DNA from: an uncultured Chloroflexia bacterium
GTDB taxonomy: Bacteria; Chloroflexota; Limnocylindria; Limnocylindrales; CSP1-4
Reading direction: 5' to 3'
Length of the DNA stretch: 64,000 bases
Assembly (NCBI GenBank): GCA_963752475.1
Contig: CAVVYR010000007.1
Span: forward strand, 320,001-384,000
Below the pieces are notes generated by a model, which saw nothing but the letters and a program-made list of their open reading frames with translations, had not been told where the DNA came from and ran no database searches. Below are positions 36,923-46,697 of this stretch, one piece after another. Positions within the stretch are counted from its first letter, which is position 1. Each line of letters starts with the position of its first letter. The position numbers and the translations under genes were made by a program.

Positions 36923-38641
36923 CTATTCGGCCGGGACGTTGTTCAGGAAACCACCCCAGAGACCGGGGAAGTACGTGAAGCTGCCGTCACGTCCGATGTG
37001 GAGCGGGTTCAGCAGGTCCCACTGGACCGCGTACGAGGACACGATGTCGCTGGCGGTGAGGTCAGCGCCGTCGTGGAACTTGATGCCCTCGCGGAGGCTG
37101 CAGGTCCACTCGGTCAGGTCCTCGTTCGAGGTGCACTCGGTGGCCAGCCGCGGGTAGGCTTCGGCGCCGCCGATCTCGTAGCCGTAGAGCGACTCGTTGA
37201 TCTGCTCGCAGGCGCGCAGGGACTCGCCGTCGGTCTCGTCGGCGCAGTACAGGCCGATGGGCTCGGCGTTCTGCATCCACACGAGGACGTCGTCAGCGCC
37301 CGGGGTGATGACACGGAACTCCTCGTTGCCGAGGGGCGACGAGTGCGCACCCTCGATGTCTGCCGCCCAGGCGGTGGCGGAACCACCGGCCGCGATCGGC
37401 ACCATCGGGATGTTGGCCTTGACGGCGTTGTTGGCATCGGCATAGGCCGCAGCACGAACCTCGGCGTCCGAGTTGGTCGCGCCCACACCGAGGGCGTCCC
37501 AGATGTCCTGGAAGCCATCGCCGAACTGGGCGGAGGCGCCGGGGCCGAAGTGGAAGTCGAGGAAGTTGGTCGGATCGGGGTAGTCAGCGCCCCAACCGAG
37601 GAGGTGCAGGCCGCTCAGCGCACCGGCGTCGGCGTTGTCGATGAACGTGCCCGACTCCTGGACGTCGATGGTGGCGGTGATGCCGAGGTTCTCGGCCAGC
37701 TGATCCTGGATGTCGACAGCGACCTGCTCCGGGAAGGGCAGGTACGTGCGGTCGACGACGCGCAGCGAGATCGGGATCTCGGGCATCTCGTCCATGCCGA
37801 CCTCGGCCAGGCCCTCGGCCAGCAGCGCAGCCGCGGCCTCGGGATCGTACTCGTACCAGTCCTCGCCCTCACAGGCGAAGGGGATCGAGCACGGCGTGAA
37901 GTGGCTGGCCACATTGGAGCCGGCCGGGTAGAAGTTGTTCAGGATGCGCTCGCGGTCGATGCCCTGAGCGATGGCCTGGCGAACCTTCTGGTTGCCGAAG
38001 GGCTCGTAGGTGTTGTTCATGCCCACGTAGAAGACGTTCATGCCTTCGCGCGGGAGCACCTGGAAGTTCGGGTCCGCTTCCAGCGTCTCGATGTCGTCGA
38101 CGCTGGGGTTGTCGATACCGTCGACGGTGCCGGACTGAAGCTCGAGCAGCTTCTGGCCGGGCTCGCTGGACCAGCGCATGACCACGGTCTCGGACAGGAC
38201 GGGCTCGCCCCAGTAGTCCGGGTTGGCCTCGAGGATGATCTCGGAGCCGCGGCGCCACTCACCGAGCATGTACGGGCCGGTGCCGTTGGGCTCGGCCACG
38301 ATGGTGCCGTCGGTGCCGGCAGACGCGAGGTAGTCCGAATCCTGCGCCGCGAACGCCGAGAAGGCGACCTTCGACAGGAACGCCGGGTCCGGCGCGCAGA
38401 GGTTGAACTTGACGGTCAGATCATCGACCGCCTCGATGCTGGCAAGGCTGCCGGTGTAGGGCAGGCCTGCGAACGTGCCGGCTTCACAGTCGACAGCTTC
38501 GGTCACGGGATACGACGTCCAGCCACCCTCGGGCATCTCGCCCTGCTCCGCCTGTGCGAAGACGGGAGCTGCTGAGGTGGCCAGGAGCGCCATCGCGCCG
38601 CCAACGGCGGCCGCGGACAACCAAGTAGGTCGTCGGGTCAT
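36923..38641 (-). CDS. Peptide ABC substrate-binding protein (DppA family), circularly permuted
   Basis: AAGGAG RBS; signal peptide ending VFA-Q; PNGTGPY near the N-terminus and LREGIKFHDG near the C-terminus. Confidence 0.9.
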   Translation of the reverse strand: MTRRPTWLSAAAVGGAMALLATSAAPVFAQAEQGEMPEGGWTSYPVTEAVDCEAGTFAGLPYTGSLASIEAVDDLTVKFNLCAPDPAFLSKVAFSAFAAQDSDYLASAGTDGTIVAEPNGTGPYMLGEWRRGSEIILEANPDYWGEPVLSETVVMRWSSEPGQKLLELQSGTVDGIDNPSVDDIETLEADPNFQVLPREGMNVFYVGMNNTYEPFGNQKVRQAIAQGIDRERILNNFYPAGSNVASHFTPCSIPFACEGEDWYEYDPEAAAALLAEGLAEVGMDEMPEIPISLRVVDRTYLPFPEQVAVDIQDQLAENLGITATIDVQESGTFIDNADAGALSGLHLLGWGADYPDPTNFLDFHFGPGASAQFGDGFQDIWDALGVGATNSDAEVRAAAYADANNAVKANIPMVPIAAGGSATAWAADIEGAHSSPLGNEEFRVITPGADDVLVWMQNAEPIGLYCADETDGESLRACEQINESLYGYEIGGAEAYPRLATECTSNEDLTEWTCSLREGIKFHDGADLTASDIVSSYAVQWDLLNPLHIGRDGSFTYFPGLWGGFLNNVPAE

Positions 38642-38888
38642 CCGGTTCTCCTTCTTTCTCTCCGCGACGGATTCGGGCGGCCGCTCTCTCACAGAGGGAC
38701 CGTTGGGTCTGGACTCCTCCTCAGCCAACCCGTGGGTGCACAGCGCGGCACAGCGCTCGCACCCTTCGCGGCGTCCGTACACCCTAGCACCGCCGCACAA
38801 CCGTCGTCCGGCATCCGGGTTTCGGTTCGAGTCGAGTATCGAGGCCCTGCGCCTTGGTATGCGTAGGTCTATGCGCTAAGATATGCGC

Positions 38889-39218
38889 ATGGCTGTGCGC
38901 AGGAAGACGACCCGCTACCCCATCGACCGGACCTATGAGCCCGCGCCGGAGCCCCAGCGGATCCCCGTCAATCTGAGCCTCCCGGAAGATCTCGTGGCCG
39001 ATCTCGACAAGGTCGCCGGCCCACGCAAGCGCAGCGCCTTCGCGGAGGAGGCGCTGCGTCGAGCCATCAAGCGCGAGCAGTTCCGCATCGTCGCCGAGGA
39101 GGTCGCGGGCTCGCTCGATCCTGAGGACTACCCGTACTGGCAGACCTCAGAGGATGTCGTCGAGTGGGTGCGCATGATGCGAGCCGAGGAGACGTCCACG
39201 GAGCCGGACAAGACGTGA
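38889..39218 (+). CDS. Antitoxin, ribbon-helix-helix/CopG type (VapB-like)
   Basis: VNLSLPEDLVADLDKVAGPRKRSAFAEEALRR; overlaps the PIN gene; TAAGAT 6 nt before ATG. Confidence 0.8.
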   Translation: MAVRRKTTRYPIDRTYEPAPEPQRIPVNLSLPEDLVADLDKVAGPRKRSAFAEEALRRAIKREQFRIVAEEVAGSLDPEDYPYWQTSEDVVEWVRMMRAEETSTEPDKT

Positions 39219-39595
39219 GGCTGCTGCTGGACTCAGCATTCGTCATCGACCTGATGAACGGCTTGCCCGAGGCCATCGCCCGGCAGGCGCGCATGTACGA
39301 GGTCGGAGACGATCTGATGGTCAACGAGATCGTCGTGTGCGAGGTGCGCGCGGGGCTGCGTGGCGAGGGTGTGAAGCGGTTCGAGCGGCTACTCGAACCG
39401 GTCGAGTTCATCCAGCCCGGCCCCGAGACCGCACTGGTAGCAGGGAGTTGGCGCGAGGCGGCACACGGCCGCGGGCGCCGACTGAGTCTCGCTGACTCGC
39501 TCATCGCGGCTGCAGCCGACGCGGTCGATGCCGCGGTGCTGACCCGCAACGTCAAGGACTTCGCACTCACGCCGGTCCGCGTCGAGACGTACTGA
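39215..39595 (+). CDS. vapC: PIN-domain toxin (VapC)
   Basis: LLLDSAFVID, LSLADSLIAAAA and VLTRNVKDF motifs. Confidence 0.9.
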   Translation: MRLLLDSAFVIDLMNGLPEAIARQARMYEVGDDLMVNEIVVCEVRAGLRGEGVKRFERLLEPVEFIQPGPETALVAGSWREAAHGRGRRLSLADSLIAAAADAVDAAVLTRNVKDFALTPVRVETY

Positions 39596-39637
39596 CCGGG
39601 CGCGACCGCGTGACGGACAGCGCATACACTCACGGCC

Positions 39638-40531
39638 ATGGCATCACTCCGCGTCGCGCTGGCCCAGATCGCACCACGTCTCGGTGCGCTCGACGACAAC
39701 CTCGCGCGCCATCACGAGCTCATCGCCGAGGCCGAGTCGCACGGGGCTGATCTCGTGGTCTTCCCCGAGCTGGGGCTGACCGGCTACCTGCTGCAGGACC
39801 TCAACGCCGAAGTGGCCATGCGCCGCAACGACCCGCGCATCCTCGAGCTGGCACGGGCCGCGGGCGAGATGAGCGTCGTGGTCTCGTTCGTGGAGGAGTC
39901 GTCGGACCACAAGCTCTTCATCAGCGCCGCGCTGCTCGAGAACCAGGCTGTGCGCCACGTCCACCGCAAGGTCTTCCTGCCCACCTACGGCCTCTTCGAC
40001 GAGCGACGCTTCTTCGCCCCCGGCTCGACCATCCGTGCAGCCAGTTCGGAGCGGCTGGACCTTCGGCTGGGCATCAGCGTGTGCGAGGACTTCTGGCACC
40101 TGGCCACGCCCCAGCTGCTGGCCCTCGATGGCGCGCAGCTGCTCATCAACGTCTCCTCCTCGCCGGGTCGAGATGTGGCCGCGGTCAAGGAGCACGGCTT
40201 GGGCACGGCCGAGTCGTGGCGCTCGCTCAACCGCACCTACGCCCAGCTGACGACGAGTTACGTCATCTTCGTCAACCGTGTCGGTGTCGACGAGTCGATC
40301 ACCTTCTGGGGCGGCTCCGAAGTCGTCGGCCCGGACGGCGGCAGCATCTTCCGGGCACCCACCCACGACGAGGGCCTGTACGTGACCCAGATCGACCCGG
40401 CTCAGCTGCGACGTGAGCGCATCGCCTCACCGTTGCTCCGCGATGAGCGCCCGGAGGTCGTCATCCGCCAGCTCGACCAGATCATCGGCGAGCGCCTCGA
40501 GCGCAACGCCCGCAGCGCCAAGCGACCGTGA
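39638..40531 (+). CDS. Nitrilase-family protein, likely glutaminase subunit of NAD synthetase
   Basis: E-K-C triad FPELG, HRKVFLPTYGLFDERRFF and VCEDFW; overlaps nadE. Confidence 0.9.
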   Translation: MASLRVALAQIAPRLGALDDNLARHHELIAEAESHGADLVVFPELGLTGYLLQDLNAEVAMRRNDPRILELARAAGEMSVVVSFVEESSDHKLFISAALLENQAVRHVHRKVFLPTYGLFDERRFFAPGSTIRAASSERLDLRLGISVCEDFWHLATPQLLALDGAQLLINVSSSPGRDVAAVKEHGLGTAESWRSLNRTYAQLTTSYVIFVNRVGVDESITFWGGSEVVGPDGGSIFRAPTHDEGLYVTQIDPAQLRRERIASPLLRDERPEVVIRQLDQIIGERLERNARSAKRP

Positions 40532-41403
40532 CCAGGACCGATCCGGCGACGCCCGCGTTCGAACTCCCTGAGGAGCTCAGCATCGACACCGACGCCGCGC
40601 GTCGCATCATCGGTGAGTTCATCCGCGCGCAGCTGTCGCAGGCCGGCTTCGGCAAGGTCCTGCTGGGGTTGTCGGGCGGCATCGACTCGGGGCTCGTGGC
40701 CTACCTCGCCGCCGAGGCCATCGGGCCGCAGAACGTGCTCGCGATCCTGATGCCGTACAAGACGTCCTCGCCGGAGTCCCGGGGCGATGCCGAGACCATC
40801 GTCGCTGACCTGGGTCTGCCCCACGAGCTGGTCGACATCAGCCCCATCGTCGACGGCTACTTCGACGAGACGCGGCAGGACGCGGCCCCGCTGCGCCGAG
40901 GCAACTTCATGGCCCGGGCGCGCATGTGCGTGCTCTACGACCACTCGGTGACCTGGGGCGGTCTCGTCATCGGTACTGGCAACAAGACCGAGGCGCTCAT
41001 CGGCTACTCCACGCTGTGGGGTGATAGCGCCAGCGCATTCAACCCCATCGGGGACATCTACAAGTCGCAGGTGCGCCAGCTCTCGGCGGCCCTCGGTGTG
41101 CCGGAGGCCGTCATCAACAAGGCGCCTTCGGCCGACCTCTGGCCGGGCCAGACCGACGAGGACGAGGTCGGCTTCAGCTACGCCGAGGTCGATCGCATCC
41201 TGTTCCGGCTGGTGGACCGGCGCCTGAGCCTCGACGAGGTCGTGGCCGATGGCTTCGAGCGCGAGCTGGTCGAACGCGTCGACCGCATGGTCGCCGGTTC
41301 CGAGTTCAAGCGCCAGGTCCCGCCCATCGCCAAGATCGGGCCGCGCACCGCCGGCATCGACTACCTCTACCCGCGCCGCCGACCGCGCTCGGCGCGTGAC
41401 TGA
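40528..41403 (+). CDS. nadE: NAD+ synthetase
   Basis: GLSGGIDS, GNFMARARM, GTGNKTE and KAPSADLWPGQTDEDE motifs. Confidence 0.96.
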   Translation: MTRTDPATPAFELPEELSIDTDAARRIIGEFIRAQLSQAGFGKVLLGLSGGIDSGLVAYLAAEAIGPQNVLAILMPYKTSSPESRGDAETIVADLGLPHELVDISPIVDGYFDETRQDAAPLRRGNFMARARMCVLYDHSVTWGGLVIGTGNKTEALIGYSTLWGDSASAFNPIGDIYKSQVRQLSAALGVPEAVINKAPSADLWPGQTDEDEVGFSYAEVDRILFRLVDRRLSLDEVVADGFERELVERVDRMVAGSEFKRQVPPIAKIGPRTAGIDYLYPRRRPRSARD

Positions 41404-42244
41404 CGTGGTCACCGAGTGCGGCCGCGGCACGCTCTACGTCGTGGCTACGCCCATCGGCAACCTCGGCGACATCACCCTGCGTGCGCTCGAGGTGCTGCGT
41501 GCCGTCGCCGTGGTGGCCGCGGAGGACACGCGCGTGACCCGCAAGCTGTGGTCCCGCTTCGACATCGAGACGCCGCTCGTGAGCTACCACGCCCACAGCG
41601 ACGACCGCCGCACCGCGCAGCTCATCGAGCGGCTCGAAGGGGGCGAGGACGTGGCCCTCGTGACCGACGCCGGCACTCCGCTGGTCAGCGACCCCGGCGA
41701 GATCCTCGTGAGCGCTTGGGCCGAGCGTGGCGGAACGGTCGTGCCCATCCCGGGTGCCTCGGCCGTCCTGGCGGCGCTGGTGGCCAGTGCCCTCCCTGCC
41801 GCGCGCTGGGGGTTCGAGGGCTTCCTGCCGCGCAAGGGCCGGGAGCGCAAGGAGCGCATCGCCCGGATCGCGGCCGATGATCGGGCCACCGTCATCTACG
41901 AGGCCCATGGACGGACGGCGGCCACCCTGCGGGACCTCGCTGCTGCCTGCGGTGCCGAGCGCCCCGCCGCCGTTGCCCGCGAGCTGACCAAGCTCCACGA
42001 AGAGGTTCGCCGGGGCACGCTCGAGGAGCTGGCCGCCACGGCCGAGGCGTCGCCGCTCAAGGGCGAGGTCGTCATCGTCGTCGCCGGCGCCACGCCCGAG
42101 GATGTGGCGGAGGTCAGCCTCGAAGCCGGCCGTGCGCGCGTCGATCGTCTGGCGGCCGAAGGCGTCAGGCGTTCCGCGGCCGCGAAGATCGTGGCCGAGG
42201 AGACCGGCCTGCCTCGACGGGAGCTGTTCGCGACCGAGGGCTGA
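41396..42244 (+). CDS. rsmI: 16S rRNA C1402 2'-O-methyltransferase
   Basis: LYVVATPIGNLGDIT, AEDTR, DAGTPLVSDPG and RELTKLHEE motifs. Confidence 0.95.
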   Translation: MTDVVTECGRGTLYVVATPIGNLGDITLRALEVLRAVAVVAAEDTRVTRKLWSRFDIETPLVSYHAHSDDRRTAQLIERLEGGEDVALVTDAGTPLVSDPGEILVSAWAERGGTVVPIPGASAVLAALVASALPAARWGFEGFLPRKGRERKERIARIAADDRATVIYEAHGRTAATLRDLAAACGAERPAAVARELTKLHEEVRRGTLEELAATAEASPLKGEVVIVVAGATPEDVAEVSLEAGRARVDRLAAEGVRRSAAAKIVAEETGLPRRELFATEG

Positions 42245-42250
42245 GATGGC

Positions 42251-42967
42251 TCAGCGGGTCGGGTCCGCGTCGACCCCTGCCAGCAAGTCCCGTCCCCGGG
42301 CCATCGCCTCCGAGACGTCGGCGTCTGGGTTCGCGCGCTCGATCCACATCCGGAACCACGGGCCCGGGTCGTCCGACCAGGTGGCCGTGGCCAGGCCGGG
42401 GAGGAGCACGCCGTCGATCGTCGTGCGCCAGTCCGAGTACCCGACCGACCACTCGACCGGCCGGCCGCCGGGGCCCTTGTGGCGCTCGGCGGTGAAGTCC
42501 GTCGGATAGCCGCTCTCGGGGTCGAAGGCCAGGCGGGCCGACACACGCTCGTGGCCATAGGGCAGGGCCACGTCCGTGGTCTCGTCATCGACCGTCGACC
42601 ACTCGACCTCTTCGCGTTCGCGCCAGGCCGCGGGGAAGAGGATCGCCTCGGCCCACATGAAGAGCGCCGCCGCCTGGTCGATCTCGGGCCCGATGTCGAG
42701 CGTGTGGCTGATGCGGCTGAAGCCGCGCCCGTCGACGTAGCCGTCCATGCCACGGATGAAGGTGAGCGGCCCGATACCCACGCGCAGGTCCGCGAGGTGG
42801 TGCTGCCCCAGCTCGTGCCACATCACAGCCTCGATGGGCAGCCAGAAGCCGCGGCCGTCTCGGCGGAAGCGCGTTCGCCCCTCGATCACCGCGCTGTTGG
42901 TCGGCTGCATGGTGCCTTCGAGTGCCTGGAGCCAGCGTTCGACCGGGCCGGGCAGTGTCTCGCTCAT
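42251..42967 (-). CDS. Hypothetical protein (DUF6544-like)
   Basis: LPGPVERWL and GPEIDQAAALFMWAEAILFP resemble DUF6544 proteins; codon usage is coding-like. Confidence 0.7.
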   Translation of the reverse strand: MSETLPGPVERWLQALEGTMQPTNSAVIEGRTRFRRDGRGFWLPIEAVMWHELGQHHLADLRVGIGPLTFIRGMDGYVDGRGFSRISHTLDIGPEIDQAAALFMWAEAILFPAAWREREEVEWSTVDDETTDVALPYGHERVSARLAFDPESGYPTDFTAERHKGPGGRPVEWSVGYSDWRTTIDGVLLPGLATATWSDDPGPWFRMWIERANPDADVSEAMARGRDLLAGVDADPTR

Positions 42968-43006
42968 GGGGGGCATCGTCTCACCCTCGCCCGGGGTCGG
43001 TGGTCG

Positions 43007-44815
43007 CTAGCGCGCGAGGCCGTGGCCGAAGGGGTAGAGGGTGCCGCCGCCCAGCTTCGGGATCCGTACCGGGAGAGAGCCGCCCACGGGTGCGTTGCCG
43101 GTGATGGCGCGAGCGAGACCGCGCATCGAGACCGGCACATCCGAGTAGGTCGCGACCTGCGCGGGCGCTGACGGGAACCAGGCCGCGTCATAGGGTGAGC
43201 CGGCATACACGACCAGCACGCGCCCCCTTGAATCGACCAGCCGCTTCACGAGCGAGCGCTGTCGCGGAAACGCGCCGAGGTGCTCGGTGATCACGATGGT
43301 GAGATCGCCGGAGTCCGCGAGGCGCTGTGCCTTGCGGGCCTCCTTCGCACCCGGGTCGCTGCCGGTCCAGGCAGTGGTCACCTTCCGGCCGGTGTCCTCC
43401 AGCGTCCGCTCGAGCGCGCCCGCGCCTTCTGGTCGGACACCCGTCAGGGCGATGTCCCAGCTCGCTTCGAGTGGCAGCCACCGTTGGCGGTCGCGCAGCA
43501 CCGTCACGGCCGATCCGCCCACGGCTCGTGCGACCTCGACATCTTCGGGCGTGCCCAGGGCGGCCTCGACCGCATCGACATCGACGTAGGGGTCGTCGAG
43601 CAGACCCAGGCGTTCCTTCAGGCGGAGGATGCGCTCGACCGATCGATCGAGCCGCTTCTCACTGATCTCGCCGGCCTCGACGGCCCGCAGGACACCCTGG
43701 AAGGCGGTCGGCAGGTGCGGTGGGTCGGCCAGGATGTCGGCCCCGGCCTTGAGCGCCAACACCGGCGCGCGGGCATCCCCGTAGCCGTCCCGGATGGCCG
43801 CCATCGTCAGGGAGTCGGTCATGACCACGCCGTCGTAGCCCAGCTGCTCGCGCAGGACACCGGTCAGGATCGGCCGCGAGAGCGTCGCGGGGCGCCCGCC
43901 GGGATCGAGCGAAGGCACGCGCACATGGGCCGTCATGATCACGTCCGCACCAGCCTCGATGGCCGCCTCGAACGGCGGCGCGTCGAGCTCCCACCAGGTG
44001 GCCTTGCTGTGGCGGATGGTGGGCAGGCCGTCGTGGCTGTCGATGCTGGTGTCGCCGTGACCCGGGAAGTGCTTGACCGTGGCGGCGACCGCCGCATCCT
44101 CCTCGAATCCGGCGACCTGGGCCGCCGTCATCCTCGAGACGAGCGCGGGCTTGGAGCCGAGCGAGCGGACCCCGATGACGGGGTTGAGCGGGTTGTTGTT
44201 GACGTCGGCGACGGGCGCCAGCTGCTGATTGATGCCGACCGCGCGCAGGTCCTCGCCGGTGACACGGGCGGCCTCGCGCGCGAGCGTCTCGTCACGGGTC
44301 GCGCCCAGCGCCATCGCGCCCGGGAAGCGGGCTGCCGGTGGCCCCAGCCGCTCGACGACCCCGTGCTCCTGGTCGGTGCTGATGAGGACGGGCACGGTCC
44401 CGGCGTCGATGGCTGCCCGTTGGATGCCGTTCGAGAGCCGGGCGATCTGCCGCGGGTTCTGGAGGTTGCCGGCGTATTCGAAGTAGACGATGGCTCCGAC
44501 CGGGAACCGCTCGAACAGCTCGCGCGCGTCCGCGACGCCGAGGTGCGCCTCGTTGTTGCCGACCGCTCCCGGGGCCGGGGACTTCGCCCGGAAGCCATAG
44601 ACGCGGCTCATGAACAGCTGCCCCACCTTCTGTCGGCGGGACATGCCGGCCATGATCTCGGCCACGCGGTCGGTCTCGCCGGCGTCTTGGAGCACAGGGA
44701 TGGGCTCTGCCGAAGCTGGGGGTTCCGGACTCGGGGCCTGGGCAGCGGCGCCCGGGGTCGGGAGCATGACCAGCAGGGCCATCAACGCCACGATCACAGG
44801 GGTTCGGCGTGTCAT
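43007..44815 (-). CDS. Secreted GH3 beta-N-acetylhexosaminidase (NagZ-like)
   Basis: STDQEHGVV, KHFPGHGDTSIDSH and VMTDSL motifs; signal peptide. Confidence 0.92.
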   Translation of the reverse strand: MTRRTPVIVALMALLVMLPTPGAAAQAPSPEPPASAEPIPVLQDAGETDRVAEIMAGMSRRQKVGQLFMSRVYGFRAKSPAPGAVGNNEAHLGVADARELFERFPVGAIVYFEYAGNLQNPRQIARLSNGIQRAAIDAGTVPVLISTDQEHGVVERLGPPAARFPGAMALGATRDETLAREAARVTGEDLRAVGINQQLAPVADVNNNPLNPVIGVRSLGSKPALVSRMTAAQVAGFEEDAAVAATVKHFPGHGDTSIDSHDGLPTIRHSKATWWELDAPPFEAAIEAGADVIMTAHVRVPSLDPGGRPATLSRPILTGVLREQLGYDGVVMTDSLTMAAIRDGYGDARAPVLALKAGADILADPPHLPTAFQGVLRAVEAGEISEKRLDRSVERILRLKERLGLLDDPYVDVDAVEAALGTPEDVEVARAVGGSAVTVLRDRQRWLPLEASWDIALTGVRPEGAGALERTLEDTGRKVTTAWTGSDPGAKEARKAQRLADSGDLTIVITEHLGAFPRQRSLVKRLVDSRGRVLVVYAGSPYDAAWFPSAPAQVATYSDVPVSMRGLARAITGNAPVGGSLPVRIPKLGGGTLYPFGHGLAR

Positions 44816-44859
44816 CGGACCGCCCATTCTGGCACCGCTCGGCGTTCTATCCTCTGCCC

Positions 44860-44943
44860 AAGTCTCGAACCGTCTTCAGCGGGGCCAGGGTCTTCGACGG
44901 GACCGGAGCTGATCCCCATCCCGCGGACGTCGTCATCGAGGGC
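44860..44943 (+). pseudogene. N-terminal remnant of an amidohydrolase-family gene
   Basis: (K)SRTVFSGARVFDGTGADPHPADVVIEG matches the typical amidohydrolase N-terminal strands. TATCCT sits 6 nt before AAG where ATG is expected. The frame runs into the repeat array. Confidence 0.7.
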
Positions 44944-45177
44944 CCCGCGCTCGTAGCCAGTCGTCGCCCCCACCGACGCTCGCCCGCGGCCGTAGTCACT
45001 CGTCGCCCCCATCGACGCGAGCCCGCGCTCGTAGCCGCTCGTCGCCCCCACCGACGCGAGCCCGCGCTTGTAGCCGCTCGTCGCCCCCATCGACGCTAGC
45101 CCGCGCTTGTAGCCACTCGTCGCCCCCACCGACGCTAGCCCGTGCTTGTAGCCACTCGTCGCCCCCACCGACGCTAT
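44944..45177. repeat. Tandem array, 6 x 39 bp REP-like units
   Basis: cccgcgct(c/t)gtagcc(a/g)ctcgtcgccccca(c/t)cgacgc(g/t)ag starting at 44944, 44983, 45022, 45061, 45100 and 45139. Confidence 0.93.
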
Positions 45178-45443
45178 GGAGCCACTCGGCGGGTTTCGAT
45201 GGTCATGTGTCGCTCGAACCGACGCTAGCCCCACGAATCGGTCGAGCAGGGCGCCATCCGCGATGCTGGGCGCTCGCCGGTATGCCCCGCCACGCTCAGC
45301 GCAGGTGCCCCTGGTTCGACTCCGACGGGATCCGCTGACTACGAGTGTGACTTGCGTCGACTGGAGCGACGGATGTCCACATCGACAGGCGGGGTACCCA
45401 CCCCGGGGGTCACCGGGCCAGGGGAGTGGACTCCACCCAAGGC

Positions 45444-46451
45444 CTAGTCTGCTTCGCGGATCTGCGAGCGCGCGGGCACCGGCTCGGCCGACTCGCCAGG
45501 CAGGAAGACCCGGTCGAACCACTCTCGGACCGCCGGCGGCGTGTGGACCACGATGTAGTAGGCGACGTAGGCGTAGGCCGCGCCGGCGATGCAGTCGTGC
45601 AGCCAGTGGTCGCCGGTGTAGACGACCGAAAGGGCCACCACGGCTGCGTAGCCGGCCACGATCCAGGCCACGCGCCCGAACGCGCGCCGCAGCACCAGGA
45701 AGGCCAGGAATGGGTAGGCCACGTGGAGCGACGGCCAAGCGGCCACATCGTTGGGACCGGCCGCGTAGAAGATGTTCTCGTAGACGTTGTTGCCGTCGAG
45801 GCCCATCGCGGCGCCGAGGTCGGCGAACGTCTCCGGCTTCAGATAGGCGATGACCGGCAGGCCGTCGGGACCGTTCAGCAGGCCCTCGTTGGCCGCGTAC
45901 CAGGGCGGGGCGGCCGGCATGAGCAGGTACGTCGTGAAGGCGGCCATGCTGAGCACGATGAGCGCGGCCATGTAGTCGTGGAACTGCTCACGGCGCCACT
46001 TCCACAGGAGTACGCCAGTGGCGATCGGGATGAGGAAGTGGAACATATAGACCGCGGTCGAAAGCAGGGCCACCCAGTCGAAGCCGGCGAGCGGGCGGAT
46101 CGCATCCTGGAGCACCTGCGTGGGCAGAGCTCCCAGTCCGAGCATGCGTTCGGCCTCGATGAGCGACGCCATCTGCAGCGGGAAGCCGGCGTCGTCGGCC
46201 AGGCCGCGCATCAGCTCGTACGCCAGGAGCAGGGCCACGATGGGCGTCCAGTCGGAGAGCCAGGTGCGTCCGCGCAGCATCAAGACACCACCCAGCGCGA
46301 CGGCCACGACGACGACGTCGGGGGTGATGGCGGCGGAGTTCTTGAAGATCAGGGCCCCGATGAGGAGCGCATAGCACGCCAGCCCCAACAGCAGCAGCCG
46401 CTCATTGCGCAGCCGCAATTCTCCCGATCTCGTCATGTCCAGGTCGGTCAC
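45444..46451 (-). CDS. PAP2-superfamily membrane protein (inositol phosphorylceramide synthase-like)
   Basis: PAAPPWY, AAWPSLHVA and VYTGDHWLHD motifs; multiple TM helices. Confidence 0.9.
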   Translation of the reverse strand: MTDLDMTRSGELRLRNERLLLLGLACYALLIGALIFKNSAAITPDVVVVAVALGGVLMLRGRTWLSDWTPIVALLLAYELMRGLADDAGFPLQMASLIEAERMLGLGALPTQVLQDAIRPLAGFDWVALLSTAVYMFHFLIPIATGVLLWKWRREQFHDYMAALIVLSMAAFTTYLLMPAAPPWYAANEGLLNGPDGLPVIAYLKPETFADLGAAMGLDGNNVYENIFYAAGPNDVAAWPSLHVAYPFLAFLVLRRAFGRVAWIVAGYAAVVALSVVYTGDHWLHDCIAGAAYAYVAYYIVVHTPPAVREWFDRVFLPGESAEPVPARSQIREAD

Positions 46452-46697
46452 ACGGCGTCCCTTGTCAAGGGTCTTCCGAACCGGAAGTCGGATCGTTCCG
46501 ATGAATCGTACCCTGAGGTGGTGCGTGGGGACAAGGGGTGCCGAGCCAGGTGAAGCGGGGATGCAAACCGGACGAAGGCTGAGCTAAGGGGCGCTCGCTA
46601 CTGTGCCCACATCCACCGCCGAGGACCCGCCGAAGCCGAACCCGCCGGTTCTGTAGATGGCCGGACGCTGTGTGCATTCGTCCGGCAAGGAGGTCCT

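Noticed and set aside
45270-45340. tRNA suggested by GGTTCGACTCC
   Set aside because: The T-stem pairs for only 2 bp and no acceptor or anticodon stems can be built.
46535-46605. c-di-GMP-I riboswitch upstream of ssb (GGATGCAAA...CTAA)
   Set aside because: The GNRA-capped stem and closing P1 do not pair convincingly.
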